A program made the translations under genes and the position numbers. Under the pieces are notes generated by a model that did not search any database, had not been told where the DNA came from, and worked only from the letters and a program-made list of their open reading frames with translations. Positions 22,901 to 35,857 of a stretch of DNA of 64,000 nucleotides are shown here, in pieces (position 1 is the first letter of the stretch; each line of letters starts with the position of its first letter). Source of the DNA: Paraspadella gotoi (taxonomy: Eukaryota; Animalia; Chaetognatha); contig CM119267.1 in assembly GCA_051294375.1 (NCBI GenBank), positions 10,225,458-10,289,457 of the forward strand, read 5' to 3'.

Positions 22901-25900
22901 TTCGCCGGATTCGGCTCGGACGGAGACTCGGACGATTCCGGCGACTGGCTGGGAATCGGGGGAAGGAATAAAAAGAAAGCGAAGAAAAAGAAGAGCAAGA
23001 GTAAGGAAGCGCAAAAGGCCGCCGCAAAGAAAAAGAAACTGGAAGAGAAAGCCAAGAAAAAAGCAGAGAGAAAAGAGAACAAGAAGAAAATGAAGGTAAA
23101 CAATAATTTTTATTTATTTATTTTTTTAAGATTATAAATACACAAAGTTCTCTTTCAAAGGAATCCGAAAAATCTTCTTGCAACGGCATTGATGGGGCGG
23201 ATTCAGACGAAGACATTGATTCGCTGCCGGTTCCTCCTCCAACCTCGGCTAAGTTAACCTCCTTGTCGGAGATCGAGAAGGCCGAGAAAGCCTACAATCT
23301 TAAGCAAGCGTTGCTTGACCGACTAGAAGCCCTCAGTGACCGTTTGCCCTTGAACACCCTGGACGAACTCATTGATCAATTGGGAGGGCCCAATTACGTA
23401 GCCGAGCTCACGGGTAAAAAACCTGTTGATAGTGAATTTAAACCTTCTGCTATTATGGTTCATACTTCTGCTTTCAGGTCGCAAGGGTCGAGTAATTTCC
23501 ACCAGCGACGGCTCGGTGGCGTACGTATCTCGCTCCGAGTCCGAGGCTTCTCTCGATACTCTCAACATTCTCGAGAAGGAAAGATTCATGAACGGAGAAA
23601 AGCTTGTCGCCATAATTTCAGAGGCTGCCTCCTCTGGAATCTCGCTCCAGGCCGATCGTCGCGCCATCAACCAGCGCCGACGCGTTCACATCACTCTTGA
23701 GCTTCCCTGGAGCGCCGACCGCGCCGTCCAACAATTCGGTCGGACCCATAGATCGAACCAAGTATCGGCGCCACAATACATCTTTATGATTTCCGACTTG
23801 GCCGGCGAAAGGAGGTTTGCGTCGACGGTCGCCAGGCGCTTGGAATGCCTTGGCGCTCTGACCCACGGAGACAGAAGAGCGAACGAGTCGCAAGATCTGA
23901 GCAGGTTTACCCCAAAATGGCTTGATAATTTTTACTATATATTGACTTCCCCCCCCCCATCTCCTAAAGATTCAACATCGACAACAAATTTGGGCACAGC
24001 GCCCTTCGGACAGTTTTGCGATCCATCACTGGAGAAGAGTCGCCGCGGACGCCGATGCCCACCACTTTCTCTGACTCATCGGCGTCTTTTATCGAGGAAG
24101 CGCGTAGGGGATTGACCGGTGTCGGCATCGTCGTCAAGGACAACCCCGCCGTGGCTTCATGGAGAATGGACGAGCGCACGGACATTTCGAAATTCCTCAA
24201 CAGGATCCTCGGTGCGTATTCTGTCGTTGAGCACTATAGAACGGTTGTCGCTATAGCCTTTAGGATATTAATCTATTAGGATTGGAGGTCGACCTTCAAA
24301 ACGCCCTCTTTGACTATTTCACGCGCACGCTTCAAGAGATCATTCTCGCCTCCAAGCAGAGCGGAAGTTTCGACATGGGTATTTTGGATTTGGGTCTCGG
24401 TCCAGGAGAGTACGTCAGAAAACTTCAAGACAGGAGCCATTCTTTTGTCATCAAGTCCGCCACTGGTGAGAATTGAGACATACGAGTAGAAGGAAATGCC
24501 TAACTGTTATTACGCGTTCATACTTCATCACTTGACTTGATTTTATTTCATTCATTCCCTTAAAGTTTTCCAAAAAGATTGTAACTATTTTGTTTGCATT
24601 ACTTACTTCCTATTACAAAAAAAATATTAACCATTTTTTAGGGACTTACTCTGTCGACGTGAACTGCTTTGGAGTTGAGCGTGGGATGACATGGACTCAG
24701 GGCGTTAATGTATGGAGAGAGCACAACGGGGAAGACGACGGTTTTTACCTTTCAAAGACGCCTTCAGTTTCCGGTCGCTTTAGCGCCGTTCTTGCAGTCG
24801 CCGTCGCCTCGAAAAAATCGGAAACAGCGGGCGAGAAAACGTTTCAGCTTTACAAAGCCAGCACCGGGCTTCAATCTAAACTAGAAACTGTCTCAGAAAT
24901 GAAGAGGAAGTACAAAAAAGGTCTGTTGCGTCGCGACTCAGTTTTAATATTTATCGATTAACAAAGTTTGATTCTATCATGTAGTTCTTCCCCACCAACA
25001 AAGTGGTTGTTGGTGGGGAAGAACCATGAAGAATCCCGGTTCCATTTGGAACCACAAATTCTATCATGTAATTCTTCCCCACCAACAACCACTTTGTTGG
25101 TGGGGAAGAACCATGAAGAATCCCGGTTCCATTGGAACCACAAATTTTATTTTTGCAACGAATTTTATTTTTACAAGAGCAGACATGTTTCGGCTCACAG
25201 TTCGAGCCTTCATCAGCGCATATAAGTTGTGTCAACTTATCTGATGAAGGCTCGTACTGTGAGCCGAAACATATCTGCTCTTGTAAAAATAAAATTCGTT
25301 GCAAAAATAAAATCAAACTTTGTTAATCTCTCAAACAACGAAAAAAGAAAGGATAATTACCATCAATATTTATCGAATAATTTTCTTTTTTTTGCTCATC
25401 GCGCAGTTTACGCGGACACCGCCGAGCCTTTGTGGAAAAACCACTACGAAATGTCATCGGTTCAATGTTCCCATCGGTATTGGACCGGGGGTTGTCAAAA
25501 GGCCGCTAAAGGACTACGTTGCGAAATCGGTCTTCGGACGCGAACTTACCACGTGCTTTCCGGCTCTGTGCTTTCGGTTTGGGGAACCGTGGAGTCCATA
25601 ATCAACTCCACAGGACTCCAGCGGACGATGCAGTTGATTCGTCTTCGGACCGAAGACCAGAAGCGAATCGTTGGATGCCTCATCCCCAATAACGTCGTTC
25701 AAAATCTCACATATCACCTCAAGCGCTTGGAGAAGAGTGCCGAAAATTCGAGCAGCAACGCGCACGCATCTTCTTCCTCTTACACGCCACAGCCCGCATC
25801 AGTCCGTGCGCTTCCCGCAACCACGCAACCTCCGGTGAATTTTACCGTTCCGCGGGTTCCTTCGCCTTCTAACAAGCCAAGCACTATCACGTTAAGCGAC

Positions 25901-25984
25901 GACGACGACGACGACGACCCTGACGAAGTGGAGCTACTAGGACTGATGGGTTCCGGCCGAAAAACCCTTGATTTGTTCATGTGA
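19971..25984 (+). CDS. sno: Strawberry notch homolog (SBNO1/2-like helicase-related nuclear protein)
   Basis: [82 protein letters not shown]. About 13 exons. Confidence 0.96.
25179..25219 (-). ncRNA. Minimal type-I hammerhead ribozyme motif, Penelope-like (intact copy)
   Basis: Minus strand reads GCG-CUGAUGA-A-GGCUC-GAACUGU-GAGCC-GAAAC-AU-GUC-UGC: catalytic core, 5-bp stem II, palindromic ACAUGU stem III, GUC site, 3-bp stem I. Confidence 0.7.
25241..25275 (+). ncRNA. Hammerhead ribozyme motif, mutated inverted copy
   Basis: CUGAUGA-A-GGCUC-GUACUGU-GAGCC-GAAAC-AU-AUC. A G>A change breaks the stem III palindrome, and stem I is weak. Confidence 0.55.
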
Positions 25985-26461
25985 CCCAGTGATCACAGTG
26001 CTTATGAAAAATTTCTGAAACTTCAAAGAAATAGCCTTAGAATAAAAAACCCTATTGTTAGGTCCCAGTCAACCTGATGGATCAAAGTCACTTCATGAAT
26101 TCCCTTGTTGATTTAAGTTCTTAAATTCGCATCATTTATGTCTTTTGCCGTAGTTATTATATCAAGTGCCGTAGGCTGTACCGTGTTTACGCCACAATGA
26201 CTTTTATTATTTGTATGAATCGTTTGATTTTTTCCAGTTTTTTTAAAACCATATTTGGTTTTTAATAATAAAATATTCTTAGTAATTCCAGCTTTTCTAA
26301 AGAGTTGCATGGCGTACGTAAATCGTAATTTTTCTTTTACTTAGAATCATTGTTTATGATAGAACTTGAGGGGTTTATGGTGCAGTGGACGAAATCGAGG
26401 CTTCCTCTTTGAGGGACGAAACGGGACATCGTGTGGTGAACTAAATTTCTTTAAGGGAAAC

Positions 26462-27601
26462 ATGGCGAACATCGCCGTGCAGCGAATCAAACGCGAATTC
26501 AAGGAGGTTGTTAAAAGCGAAGAGGTAAAGACTTAAGAAAAACCGATGTCTTGTCCCATATCACTGATATTATCACTCTAGTGACCATTTGAAACCGGCC
26601 GCTATGAAAAATTCGCCTTTCGAAAACGCGTATAGATTTGAACATTTTGAAAATAGGCGCATAAAGACAAAACGCATACATTTTTATATAAAAAATTTTA
26701 CTATATTAGACTTTAAAAATGTTTATTGAAATTTAAAAATAAATGTAAAAAAATAATTTATTTCACTATATATTAGATTTAATCATATTCTTTATATAAA
26801 GTATATTCTTTTATAATGTAATTAGAAGAGGGATGTTAGTGTTGTCTTCTGGAAATAGAGGGAGCAATCTATACAATACAAGGTTAAAAGTTACTTTCTG
26901 CCCTAGTTTTCTAATTAGATATAAGATAATATTTATGATAATTGATATTTGGTTGGGTTCGTAATTATAAGATAAGTAGCAAATTCGAGCTTTTCAAACA
27001 TAAAGGGAAATTCGTTACTTGGAATTCATAATCTCACTAATTTGTACTAATATGAGTAATATCACAAAAAAGCCCGTTAAAAACTGATTCGGGTCTATTG
27101 ATTATAATTTCTTAAAAGTAATATGCCGTGCCATTGACTATTCTTAAAACTAAAGTATTTAGAATTTTATACTTAATAACTTTGTTACAAAATCAAAAAA
27201 TATATCAGTATAGTTTTTTAGGGCTTTCAGGCAATTTAAATATCATGATTATTTTTATTTTCAAATTTTTAAAAATCGTTCTAAAAGTGAGATAAAAATT
27301 TTTCTCTCAAAAATATTAAGCTATTGTATAGTATTGAGAGGGGAGATATTTTTACAAGCAATCTTTCACCTCTCACTCGAGTAAACGTAAACTTAGGGAC
27401 ATTATATTTATACATCAAAAATGTATATTTCTTGTCTTTAATAATCTCTATCAAACATTTTAAATTCTCTGTTTTGGTTTGATGAATTTTTTCTAGCGGC
27501 GGGTTTCAACTGGCCACCTCGTGTATGATTTATACAATGATTAATGTACTTTGTCGAACGGTACAATCCATGAATTGTAAAAATTCAGTAAAATTTTCTA
27601 A

Positions 27602-27633
<32 letters not shown>

Positions 27634-28419
27634 TTATATATATGGAACTAAATTCGCTGTCTTAAGGTCGCTCGTTGCCACATAAAAGTCGAGCTGGTCA
27701 ACGATTCTTTTACGGAGCTTCGTGGTGAAATCGCGGGCCCACCGGACACCCCCTACGAAGGAGGCACCTTTCACCTCGAAATTAAGATCCCAGAGACGTA
27801 TCCCTTTAACCCGCCGAAAGTACGCTTCATCACGAGAATATGGCACCCGAACATCTCTTCCGTAACCGGCGCCATCTGCCTCGATATTTTGAAAGATCAG
27901 TGGGCAGCCGCGATGACCCTCAGAACCGTCCTTCTCTCCTTGCAGGTGTCAACTACAAACGTACTTATAATATACTGCACCATATTTTTTAAATTTACTT
28001 TTCAAATATATTGTTTGGGCACACAATTAGGCGTTGCTGGCCGCAGCAGAACCAGATGATCCTCAGGATGCCGTCGTCGCCAAACAGGTACAGCTTTTTA
28101 GGGTATCAAACGCTCAGTTAACTAAGTTAACTTTTTCCCTGCAGTATAAGGACATGCCTGAAATATTCAAGCAAACCGCGACGCATTGGTCCAATGCATA
28201 TGCTGGCGCTCCTGTACAAGTGCACGAATATGATGATTATGTGAAAAAACTGGTCGACATGGGGATCCAAGAGGTATTGTTATTTCACTCTTATTTGACT
28301 TGCCCCACAAGCCTGACCCTATGTTTATCATTATCATCCGACAGCACAGCGCCCGTGTTGCGCTATCGTCTTCGAATTGGGAAGTGGAACGAGCAACGGA
28401 GCAATTATTCAGCAGCTGA
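26462..28419 (+). CDS. UBE2K: Ubiquitin-conjugating enzyme E2 K (HIP2/Ubc1) with C-terminal UBA
   Basis: [71 protein letters not shown] ([27 protein letters not shown]). 5 exons. Confidence 0.96.
26574..27523. mobile_element. Non-autonomous DNA transposon with CAC...GTG termini (CMC/Chapaev/Transib-like) in UBE2K intron 1
   Basis: Imperfect ~35-bp TIR cactctagtgaccatttgaaaccggccgcta / tagcggcgggtttcaactggccacctcgtg, flanked by tat on both sides. Confidence 0.65.
27603..27632. repeat. (ATT)n microsatellite
   Basis: About 10 tandem att units. Confidence 0.9.
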
Positions 28420-29294
28420 TGCAACACCGAGTCACCCTTCGAGTTAATTAGAAAATAGTGCTGCAACTGAAATAGGGAAAATGGTCACCTTATCCAACGA
28501 TTCGATCTTCCTTGTCCCCTTTCCCCATTCGCCTTGTCTTATAACAGCCTTTGTTGAAGTGTCATCCTTTCGCGTCCATATATATGTGATTCTCACGTGA
28601 TATGCAATTGGGTAGCGCTAGCTACATTGCCTTTGAGTAGCTGTAGCAATAGGATGTGTTTTCATGATAGGATTTTATTTTATTTTTATTTTTCATTTAT
28701 TTATTCGAGTGAGCAAGTTGCAGTCATTGCTATAGACATCGAGGATTTGGATCTTTTCAATATTAGACCAATTCCATGGACATGTACCTTTGGTTTGCGT
28801 CAGTTGCTTGATCCATATTGGAACAGAAAATTAAATGCTTATTAGAGTAGGCCTTTGGCCTCTAATAACCGCTGCCAAAAACTCTTAGTCTTTTAATGAA
28901 GATCACTGCTCCTTGGCATTTGATCAATTGTGTATCTCTGGGGATGTTGGAAAATACGTAGCCGCTCTTTAAATCAAGGTAATGCTTTTCTTCTGTCTGC
29001 CGATTTATTCATTTGTCAATAATAAAATATCATGTTCAGAAATGTATTTTTTCTTAGTTCAAGTTCAAGAATAATGGAAATGGACTGACCCTCTACCCTA
29101 GTCAATTAAAGTGCTTTCTCACATTTTAAGACAATCATCCTATTATTTTTAAATTTAATTCGTATAGATCGTCTATAAAAATTAGTGTTCAGCTAGAGGG
29201 CCTCAAAGTATGTAATATTATCAATTATCTATTGACATAGAGATTGGCAAAACAGTCATTCTGATTTGATCAACTGAAAGTATTAAGCTTCCAA

Positions 29295-29440
29295 AAGTGC
29301 AACCCCGGTGGCGTATGAGCGAGAATTCCTTCTTCCCACCAAACGACCTTGGGTTCGTGTCCCATTGCATTGGTGTCAATACTAGTAAGCGGGACGGTAC
29401 ATCTACCCACCTGTAGTGGCGGACGACAGTCATATCCGAA
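29295..29440 (+). mobile_element. tRNA-derived SINE-like element (degenerate)
   Basis: A-box-like tggcgtatgagcg and B-box-like gggttcgtgtccc, followed by a GC-rich body. Confidence 0.4.
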
Positions 29441-29836
29441 GTTCTGAAATTAGCAAATAACAGGCGGTAATTTTTCCTGTCTGTGTGGCACTAAACTATT
29501 GCTATCTTTGTGGTTGAAAGCTCGGAAGAAATTGAAAACTGGAATGTGAAAAGCAAAGAATTTTTAATACAAGTAAAACAACCCAAGCAATTGTCATTTT
29601 TAAGGAGGAAATGAATTAGATTCGCTTTTTGTGTTTGAACACTTCATTTTACTTATTTTAACAGAGTTTTTATCTTGATATAACTCACGTTTATCTTTGA
29701 TCTCTCCAGTTATTACGAAAGGTTTCAACGCGACATAGGTTTCAACCTTGAAGCGTAACCGACGTAAGTTGTTAAAGCTAAAATTTCCCTTCGACCTAAC
29801 CCGGGTCCCAGATCGTCGTTTGTCACTTCGTCCGAT

Positions 29837-31300
29837 ATGTCGTCGTCACCTCGCTTCGTAGCTCCTCATCCTCCTCTTCCTCCTCCGTCGATTATTCTTC
29901 CCAGATCCGAAAAATACTTGTTTCTTTTTTCCCTTGAGCCTTTCATGCTTCGTATTAATTTTCTTAATTTTCTTACTCTACCCAAAAATTAAAGAAAAAT
30001 GTCTTCGCTGTTTCCAGTGTTTCCTGTCATAAGGGAAAGCGTTCATTTTGCAAAATGCCCTCGAAATATTGTTCGAAGATATTCGGATTCCATGCCCGAA
30101 AAGTCCTCGACTTTTCCTTCTAAAAAATTCTCAAGATCGACATCCCATGCAATAATCCGTTCAATCGCCCGACGCTCCGCCTCGACGTCTTCTAATTGGC
30201 ATCAAAAGCTCGCGTTCGATCGACGGGAAACAGATCGCGATGACGGGGTTATTCACAGTCGCCCGCGACCCCTCGTCCGTCCCCGAAGAGTTAACTTTAG
30301 CGTCATGACCTACAACATTCTGGCTCAGGCGAACCTCGAGCGTCACCGTCGCCTGTACGTCCAAAGCCCGGTTGATGCTCTCGAGTGGGAATGTCGAAAA
30401 GTCAGAATCCGTAACGCAATCATTTTCAGCGGTGCTGACATCGTCTGCCTTCAAGAAGTGGAAACCGACTGTTTCAACGACTTTTTAAAACCAACGATGG
30501 AATCTCGGGGTTTCGCGGGATTTTACATGCAAAAGTCGGAACTCCGCCGCGAAGGATGTGCCGTCTTTGTCAACAAGAATGTTTTTGAAGTGGAGGACGT
30601 TGAACTCGTCCACTTCAATAAGGGCGTCGGTATCCTTGACCGCGACAACGTAGCCATCTTCGTGATGTTGAATCCTCGGTGCGCCGACCTAGAGGGATCT
30701 GAAGGTTTCGGTCGCATCTGCGTCGCCACTACCCACCTGGTGTTTTCTCACAAACACGGTGACGTCAAATTGGCACAATTGGCGCTGATGATGAAGAAGC
30801 TCGACGCATTTTTGCCTCGCAACGCTCGTGTCCCGACCATTCTGTGTGGAGACCTCAACTTAGAACCAAACTCTCCCTTATATCGATTCGCTACTTCCGG
30901 GTCTCTCGATTATAGAAGATGGAAGCCGGAAGAGTTGGCTAAGACCATTTCCAGTGACGACGTGTTCGACGACGAACCGATCCCTGTTGACGACGTCTTG
31001 GAATCCCTTCAGTCTGGGGAAGAGGCTCCCACTAAGGGAAACCTGAGACATTCTTTTAAGTTTGTCTCTTCGTATGGGGAAAGGGAATCCGGTATTACGA
31101 CCTATCACGAGGGCGCCAAGAGTTGCGTAGATTATTTGTTCTACGATGCCGGGCAAAGAAAGTCTCACGCCGGGTTAGTTCTCACGGGCAGTCAACCAGT
31201 TCCCGACGAAGACAGACTCGAAGATATCGGAAAAATTCCAAATCATTTTCAAGGCTCGGATCATTTCCCTCTTCATTCCTCGTTTTCGTTAACGTTTTAG
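29837..31300 (+). CDS. angel: Angel-like EEP-fold (CCR4 family) 2',3'-cyclic phosphatase
   Basis: FSVMTYNILAQ, ADIVCLQEVE, DRDNVA, ATTHLVF, GDVKLAQLA, LCGDLN, CVDYLFY, GSDHFPL. A possible first exon 29837-29951 joins in phase 1 through intron 29952-30017. Confidence 0.88.
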
Positions 31301-31944
31301 ATAACGAAATCGCTTATTGTACTAAAAATGTTATACATAAATATTTATGTAACGGTTTGTTAATTTTTGTATCTTTTCATGCCTGTGATATTGATGTTTT
31401 GGTATATAATATATTGTTTTCTTTTTAAGTTATTGATTTTGTAAGTTATTTGATAGTGAGATAATATTTTGCAATTACTGCTACATATGTATACGAGTTA
31501 GAAAAATTCAAAATGTAATTATTTTACATAAGAAATTTAAAAGAATATATAACAATTCATACGTTATATCGTGTTCCAACACAATGTATGCATTATCAAC
31601 TACTTTTGTTAATACAGAAACAAAAAGCCAAGTTTATAAAAAAACATAGTGCCAAAGGGTGCCTTCTAGAAATCGAATAAACAAATTGCTTCATATGCCT
31701 CGCTTTTCGCATATTTTTTTATATACCATATATATTAAAGTGAAGCCTTTTTTTCGTCGTTACTTTCCCGAACCATAGACATTGCTCGGTTCACTTTCTT
31801 CCTAGTCGCTCCTCCCATACCGTCATTCGCGCGTGAATACACCAATCACAGGCTTTCTAACAGGAAGCGGATCAAGAGGTATTTTATGGTGCGCGTTCCA
31901 TGAAAACAAACCCAACTATCTTGCGATTTGGACCGGCCCTTAAA

Positions 31945-34900
31945 ATGTCGCCGAGTACACAGAGATTTGCTGTATCTTTGTTTATTAGTATTTTCTTCAG
32001 GCACATATATTTTCAAAGGTATATCTTTGTCCTAAAAGATATATAAAATTAGTATTGATTCTATACGGTTTACAGAAGGCTTCATTATATAAAATGTGGT
32101 ACCCCTTTTTTGTGACCAGAACACGTTCCGAGAAAGCTACTGGACCAAATTTCTTGAAATTTAGTATGAACGATCCCTATGTGAATATAAATAGAACTAT
32201 CGAGGCGAATTTCAATATTTGACCCCTGAGCCGAGATATGGGGCACCGGAGGCAATAAATGGTCAAAAAAATTTTTTAAATTTCAATATTTTATTGTTTT
32301 TGTTTTGTAGTTGCATAGACGTTTACTTTTTCACAAAAACGTATTAATTACCACAGAAAATATTAGTTTACCTTCATTTTCAGCTTCATGAACATCAGCA
32401 GTTCAAGTCAGTTTTGGAATAATTTAGGAAAATTGGAAGTAAATGATGAACCATGCATCTTCAAACTATGCTTAATTATTGAAAATTTTTCAATTTTAGT
32501 TTTAAAAGGTTTTTTTTAATGTTTAAAACGTCAATGCACCTGATGCCACTAAAAAAATTCAAAAAATGAAAAAAAAATTTTAGGTTTTTTGGCTCCCCAG
32601 GGGTTCACCCCCAGGGCCCTGTATCTCTTGTCAGGGGTTGAATATTAAAATTCGCCTTGATAGTTCCATTTATATCGTCATTAAGACTCTAAATGTAAAA
32701 TTTCATGAAATTCGATCAAGTAGTTTGGTAGGAACAGATTCTGGTCACAAAAAAGGGGTACCACATTTTATAATATGAAGCCTTCTGTATATTTTCTATA
32801 GTTTTATGGCGGGGAACACAGAAGGAATGCAAAATGCTTCTGATGCAATAGATCGGTTACTTCAAAATTATGATATTCGACTTCGACCAAGTTTCGGAGG
32901 TTCGTCCCAGTTTATTCCAGACTTTATCGTTTATGTAACTGCGATTGTTTTTTACATTCTTTCTTAAGGCGATCCACTTTATGTTGGCATGGATTTGTCA
33001 ATTGCAACATTCGATGCCATTTCAGAAGTGGATATGGTAAGACCAGGGTAATTGAAAACTTTCGTTTGAATATTCGTTTATTAAAAAAACGATTCATTAA
33101 GGATTACACTATGACAATATATTTGAATCAATACTGGCGTGACGAGAGACTGGCGTTTTCCCACCCGGACGAACAAATGACTCTTACCGGAGACTTTGCT
33201 GAAAATATTTGGGTAAATATAATAAGCCTTTAAAAATATAAAAAAAATATTTCATAGAATTAAGTATAACATATTATTCTGCTTTCAAAATCTTAATTCA
33301 TTACGATCTGAGGTAGCCCTTATATAATTTTTTTTTTTCGAATTAACCAAGGTACCCGACACGTTTTTTGCCAACGATAAGCAATCTTTTCTCCATGATG
33401 TGACCGAAGCCAACAAGATGGTCCGTCTTTATGGCGACGGCTCCGTCGAATATGGAATGAGGTCTTTTTTAAAAAATTGACTGAAGAAATAATAAATTCA
33501 ATTCCATTCATTTTTTTTAAATCACAAAGGTTTACAAGCACTTTGGCCTGCATGATGGATCTTCACCATTACCCTTTAGATGTTCAAAATTGCACCGTCG
33601 AAATTGAAAGTTGTAAGTTTATCCCGAGGGAAAAAAATATCAAACACTTTAGGTGTACTGTAGTGATGTAATATCATATACCCGTTGGATACGACTGTTC
33701 CTTCTATCAGAGCCGCAATAGCACACTGGGCTAACGCTTTATCTCCGAACCTAATGGTCCCGGGTTCTAGCCCTGGTCCTTGCAAAAAGAGTGAGTCAAA
33801 AGTGACCACAGCCCCATGGGAGTACAGCAGGCATCTCCCTCCCTGTACCATCATCAGGGGTCACACCCCTCCAAGTGTGACCCCTTGACAGAAAAAATCT
33901 CCCAGTAGGACGCACTAAGTGTGGGGGCTATCCACACAGAGAGGCATGGCGACCCTATCTCCTCTCGGTCACTTTAGTACAATGATCTCCTTTCACTTCA
34001 CAATCAGACGGATACACAACCAAGGACGTAGTGATGTATTGGCGAAACGGTAGCGCTTCTATCGATGGTGTGGATCGAGTCAGACTTCCTCAATTCACTA
34101 TCACGGATTATCGGACAGTTTCAACTATTGAAGGCCTTGCCACTGGAGAGTACATCAGATTGTCGCTATCTTTCAAGTTGGAGGTTCGTCGATTCTTAAA
34201 ATATGAATTAACTATAAAAAAGAAAATGTACCCGGTAACAATTGTAAAATTCGAAATTTTTAGAGAAACATCGGGTATTTCATTTTTCAAACTTACTTGC
34301 CCTCGATTCTAATTGTCATGCTTTCGTGGGTTTCCTTTTGGATCAACCATGAAGCTACATCCGCTCGGGTAGCTCTTGGTAGGCTTCAATGAAATATTTA
34401 CAATTCTACATAGTATACAAATAAATAGGTTGTTTTTTTAGGTATAACTACTGTTTTAACTATGACAACAATTAGCACCGGAGTAAGGTCATCGCTCCCT
34501 CGCATTTCCTACGTCAAAGGTTTGAACGAACTGATGACTTTTTGTAATGGCTTTTATTAATAACTTCTACTTAACAGCCATCGACATCTATTTGGTGATG
34601 TGCTTCGTCTTCGTCTTCGCAGCCCTTCTCGAGTACGCCGCAGTGAACTACACCTTTTGGGGGAGCCGCGCACGGAAGAAAAAAAACGAGTGGAAGGCAA
34701 AAGTCACCTCGGGAGTTTTCGACCTACAAGACGAGGAAGATAGGGGCGCCGAGAATGCCGGATTCTCTCGAGAAGGCTCCGTCGACTTCGAAGACTTCAG
34801 GCGAATGCCAGCTTCTGGAATTCGAAACAGGCACGCTCGGCGTGGAGATCCGGGTGCGACAAAACTTTTTTTTCTCTTTGTTTTTACATACGTATTTTCT

Positions 34901-35464
34901 CCCATTATTTTATAATTATTATGGGATGAACACCGTTACGTGTTTCATTTCTCAAAGCCATTGGCTACAACGCTGTGGCGAACAGATCTAGTATGAATTA
35001 CGCACCTTCTTCCTACGGTCCCTCCGGAACCACTCGCGTTAAGGGTCAAAAATCTGGTAATTCGGTTCTATAGTTTCAATGGAACAAGTTAGGATGGGTT
35101 ATCACAATATATTTACTTTTTAGGCGTGAGAGGAATGACGATGTCGACAGGAATCAACGGAGGTTCCGGGAATGGAATTCCAATCTCTTCCGTGCAACAA
35201 CAAAAGTTCAACAAGGGGTTTTTTAAAGCTAGTAAGTATTTAAAACTATTTTTGTTTTTGTATAAAGATTAAAGATCATAATCTAATGATGTATTACTGT
35301 CTGTCATCATTAATTTCTTTTTAGTGAAACGTCGTGCGTCTCAAATGCAAATGGTGTTGCCCAAAGTAAAGGATGTTCACAAGATTGATAAGTACTCCCG
35401 ACTTATATTTCCATTACTATTCGTTCTGTTCAACGTCGCTTATTGGGGATTTTACCTGATATGA
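31945..35464 (+). CDS. Lcch3: Cys-loop GABA-gated chloride channel, beta/LCCH3-like
   Basis: [22 protein letters not shown], Cys loop [57 protein letters not shown]4 [10 protein letters not shown]. About 13 exons. Confidence 0.93.
32071..32789. mobile_element. MITE with long TIRs in GABA-receptor intron 1
   Basis: tacagaaggcttcattatataaaatgtggtaccccttttttgtgaccagaa is mirrored at 32740-32789, with imperfect IR extending about 170 bp. TA ends. Confidence 0.85.
33708..33980 (+). mobile_element. tRNA-derived SINE in GABA-receptor intron
   Basis: Head with A-box tagcacactgg and B-box ggttctagccc. GC-rich body with hairpin aggggtcacac-ccctccaa-gtgtgacccct. Confidence 0.65.
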
Positions 35465-35857
35465 GTCGATCCTTTTCCAGGGTTTTTACTTTTGACGTTT
35501 TCACTAGACTTGTTCTGATTCATACTCAACATGTAATGGCGCATATTCACCGCTAAATATTGCATTATTTCTTTTTAAGAAATTTATTTATTTTAAAAAA
35601 TGTTACTGCATTTTTGCAACACTTCTTTCAAAAGCTATGCGAATTCTTGCCCAATTATGTAAATTAATGATATTGATATTATTGATACCTATTGAAGTAT
35701 TCCGTGTATGCATTTTACAGTTTTTTTCTCGCAATTTGCAATTCTTGTCTAATTATATGCGTTTAAGTGAAATAAATACTATTTTGTACTTGGTACATAT
35801 CACGTCTATACGTCTTTCTTTTTCAAGAATTTGTAAATTTGCTGAATCCTAAAAACA

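Larger units (their letters stand above)
24956..25328. mobile_element. Intronic fold-back element: terminal IRs, two flip/flop hairpins and a large palindrome (Penelope-derived candidate)
   Basis: Outer IR gattaacaaagtttgatt / aatcaaactttgttaatc. About 87-bp direct duplication of a hairpin. Palindrome at about 25145-25312. Lies within the Sbno intron 24921-25407. Confidence 0.8.

Noticed and set aside
24951-25326. Overlapping ORFs on both strands in the Sbno intron
   Set aside because: Artefacts of the palindromic/tandem repeat.
33708-33785. tRNA gene (also 59180-59260 and 29295-29365)
   Set aside because: A/B boxes are present but there is no complete cloverleaf or acceptor stem, and each is followed by a SINE-like body.
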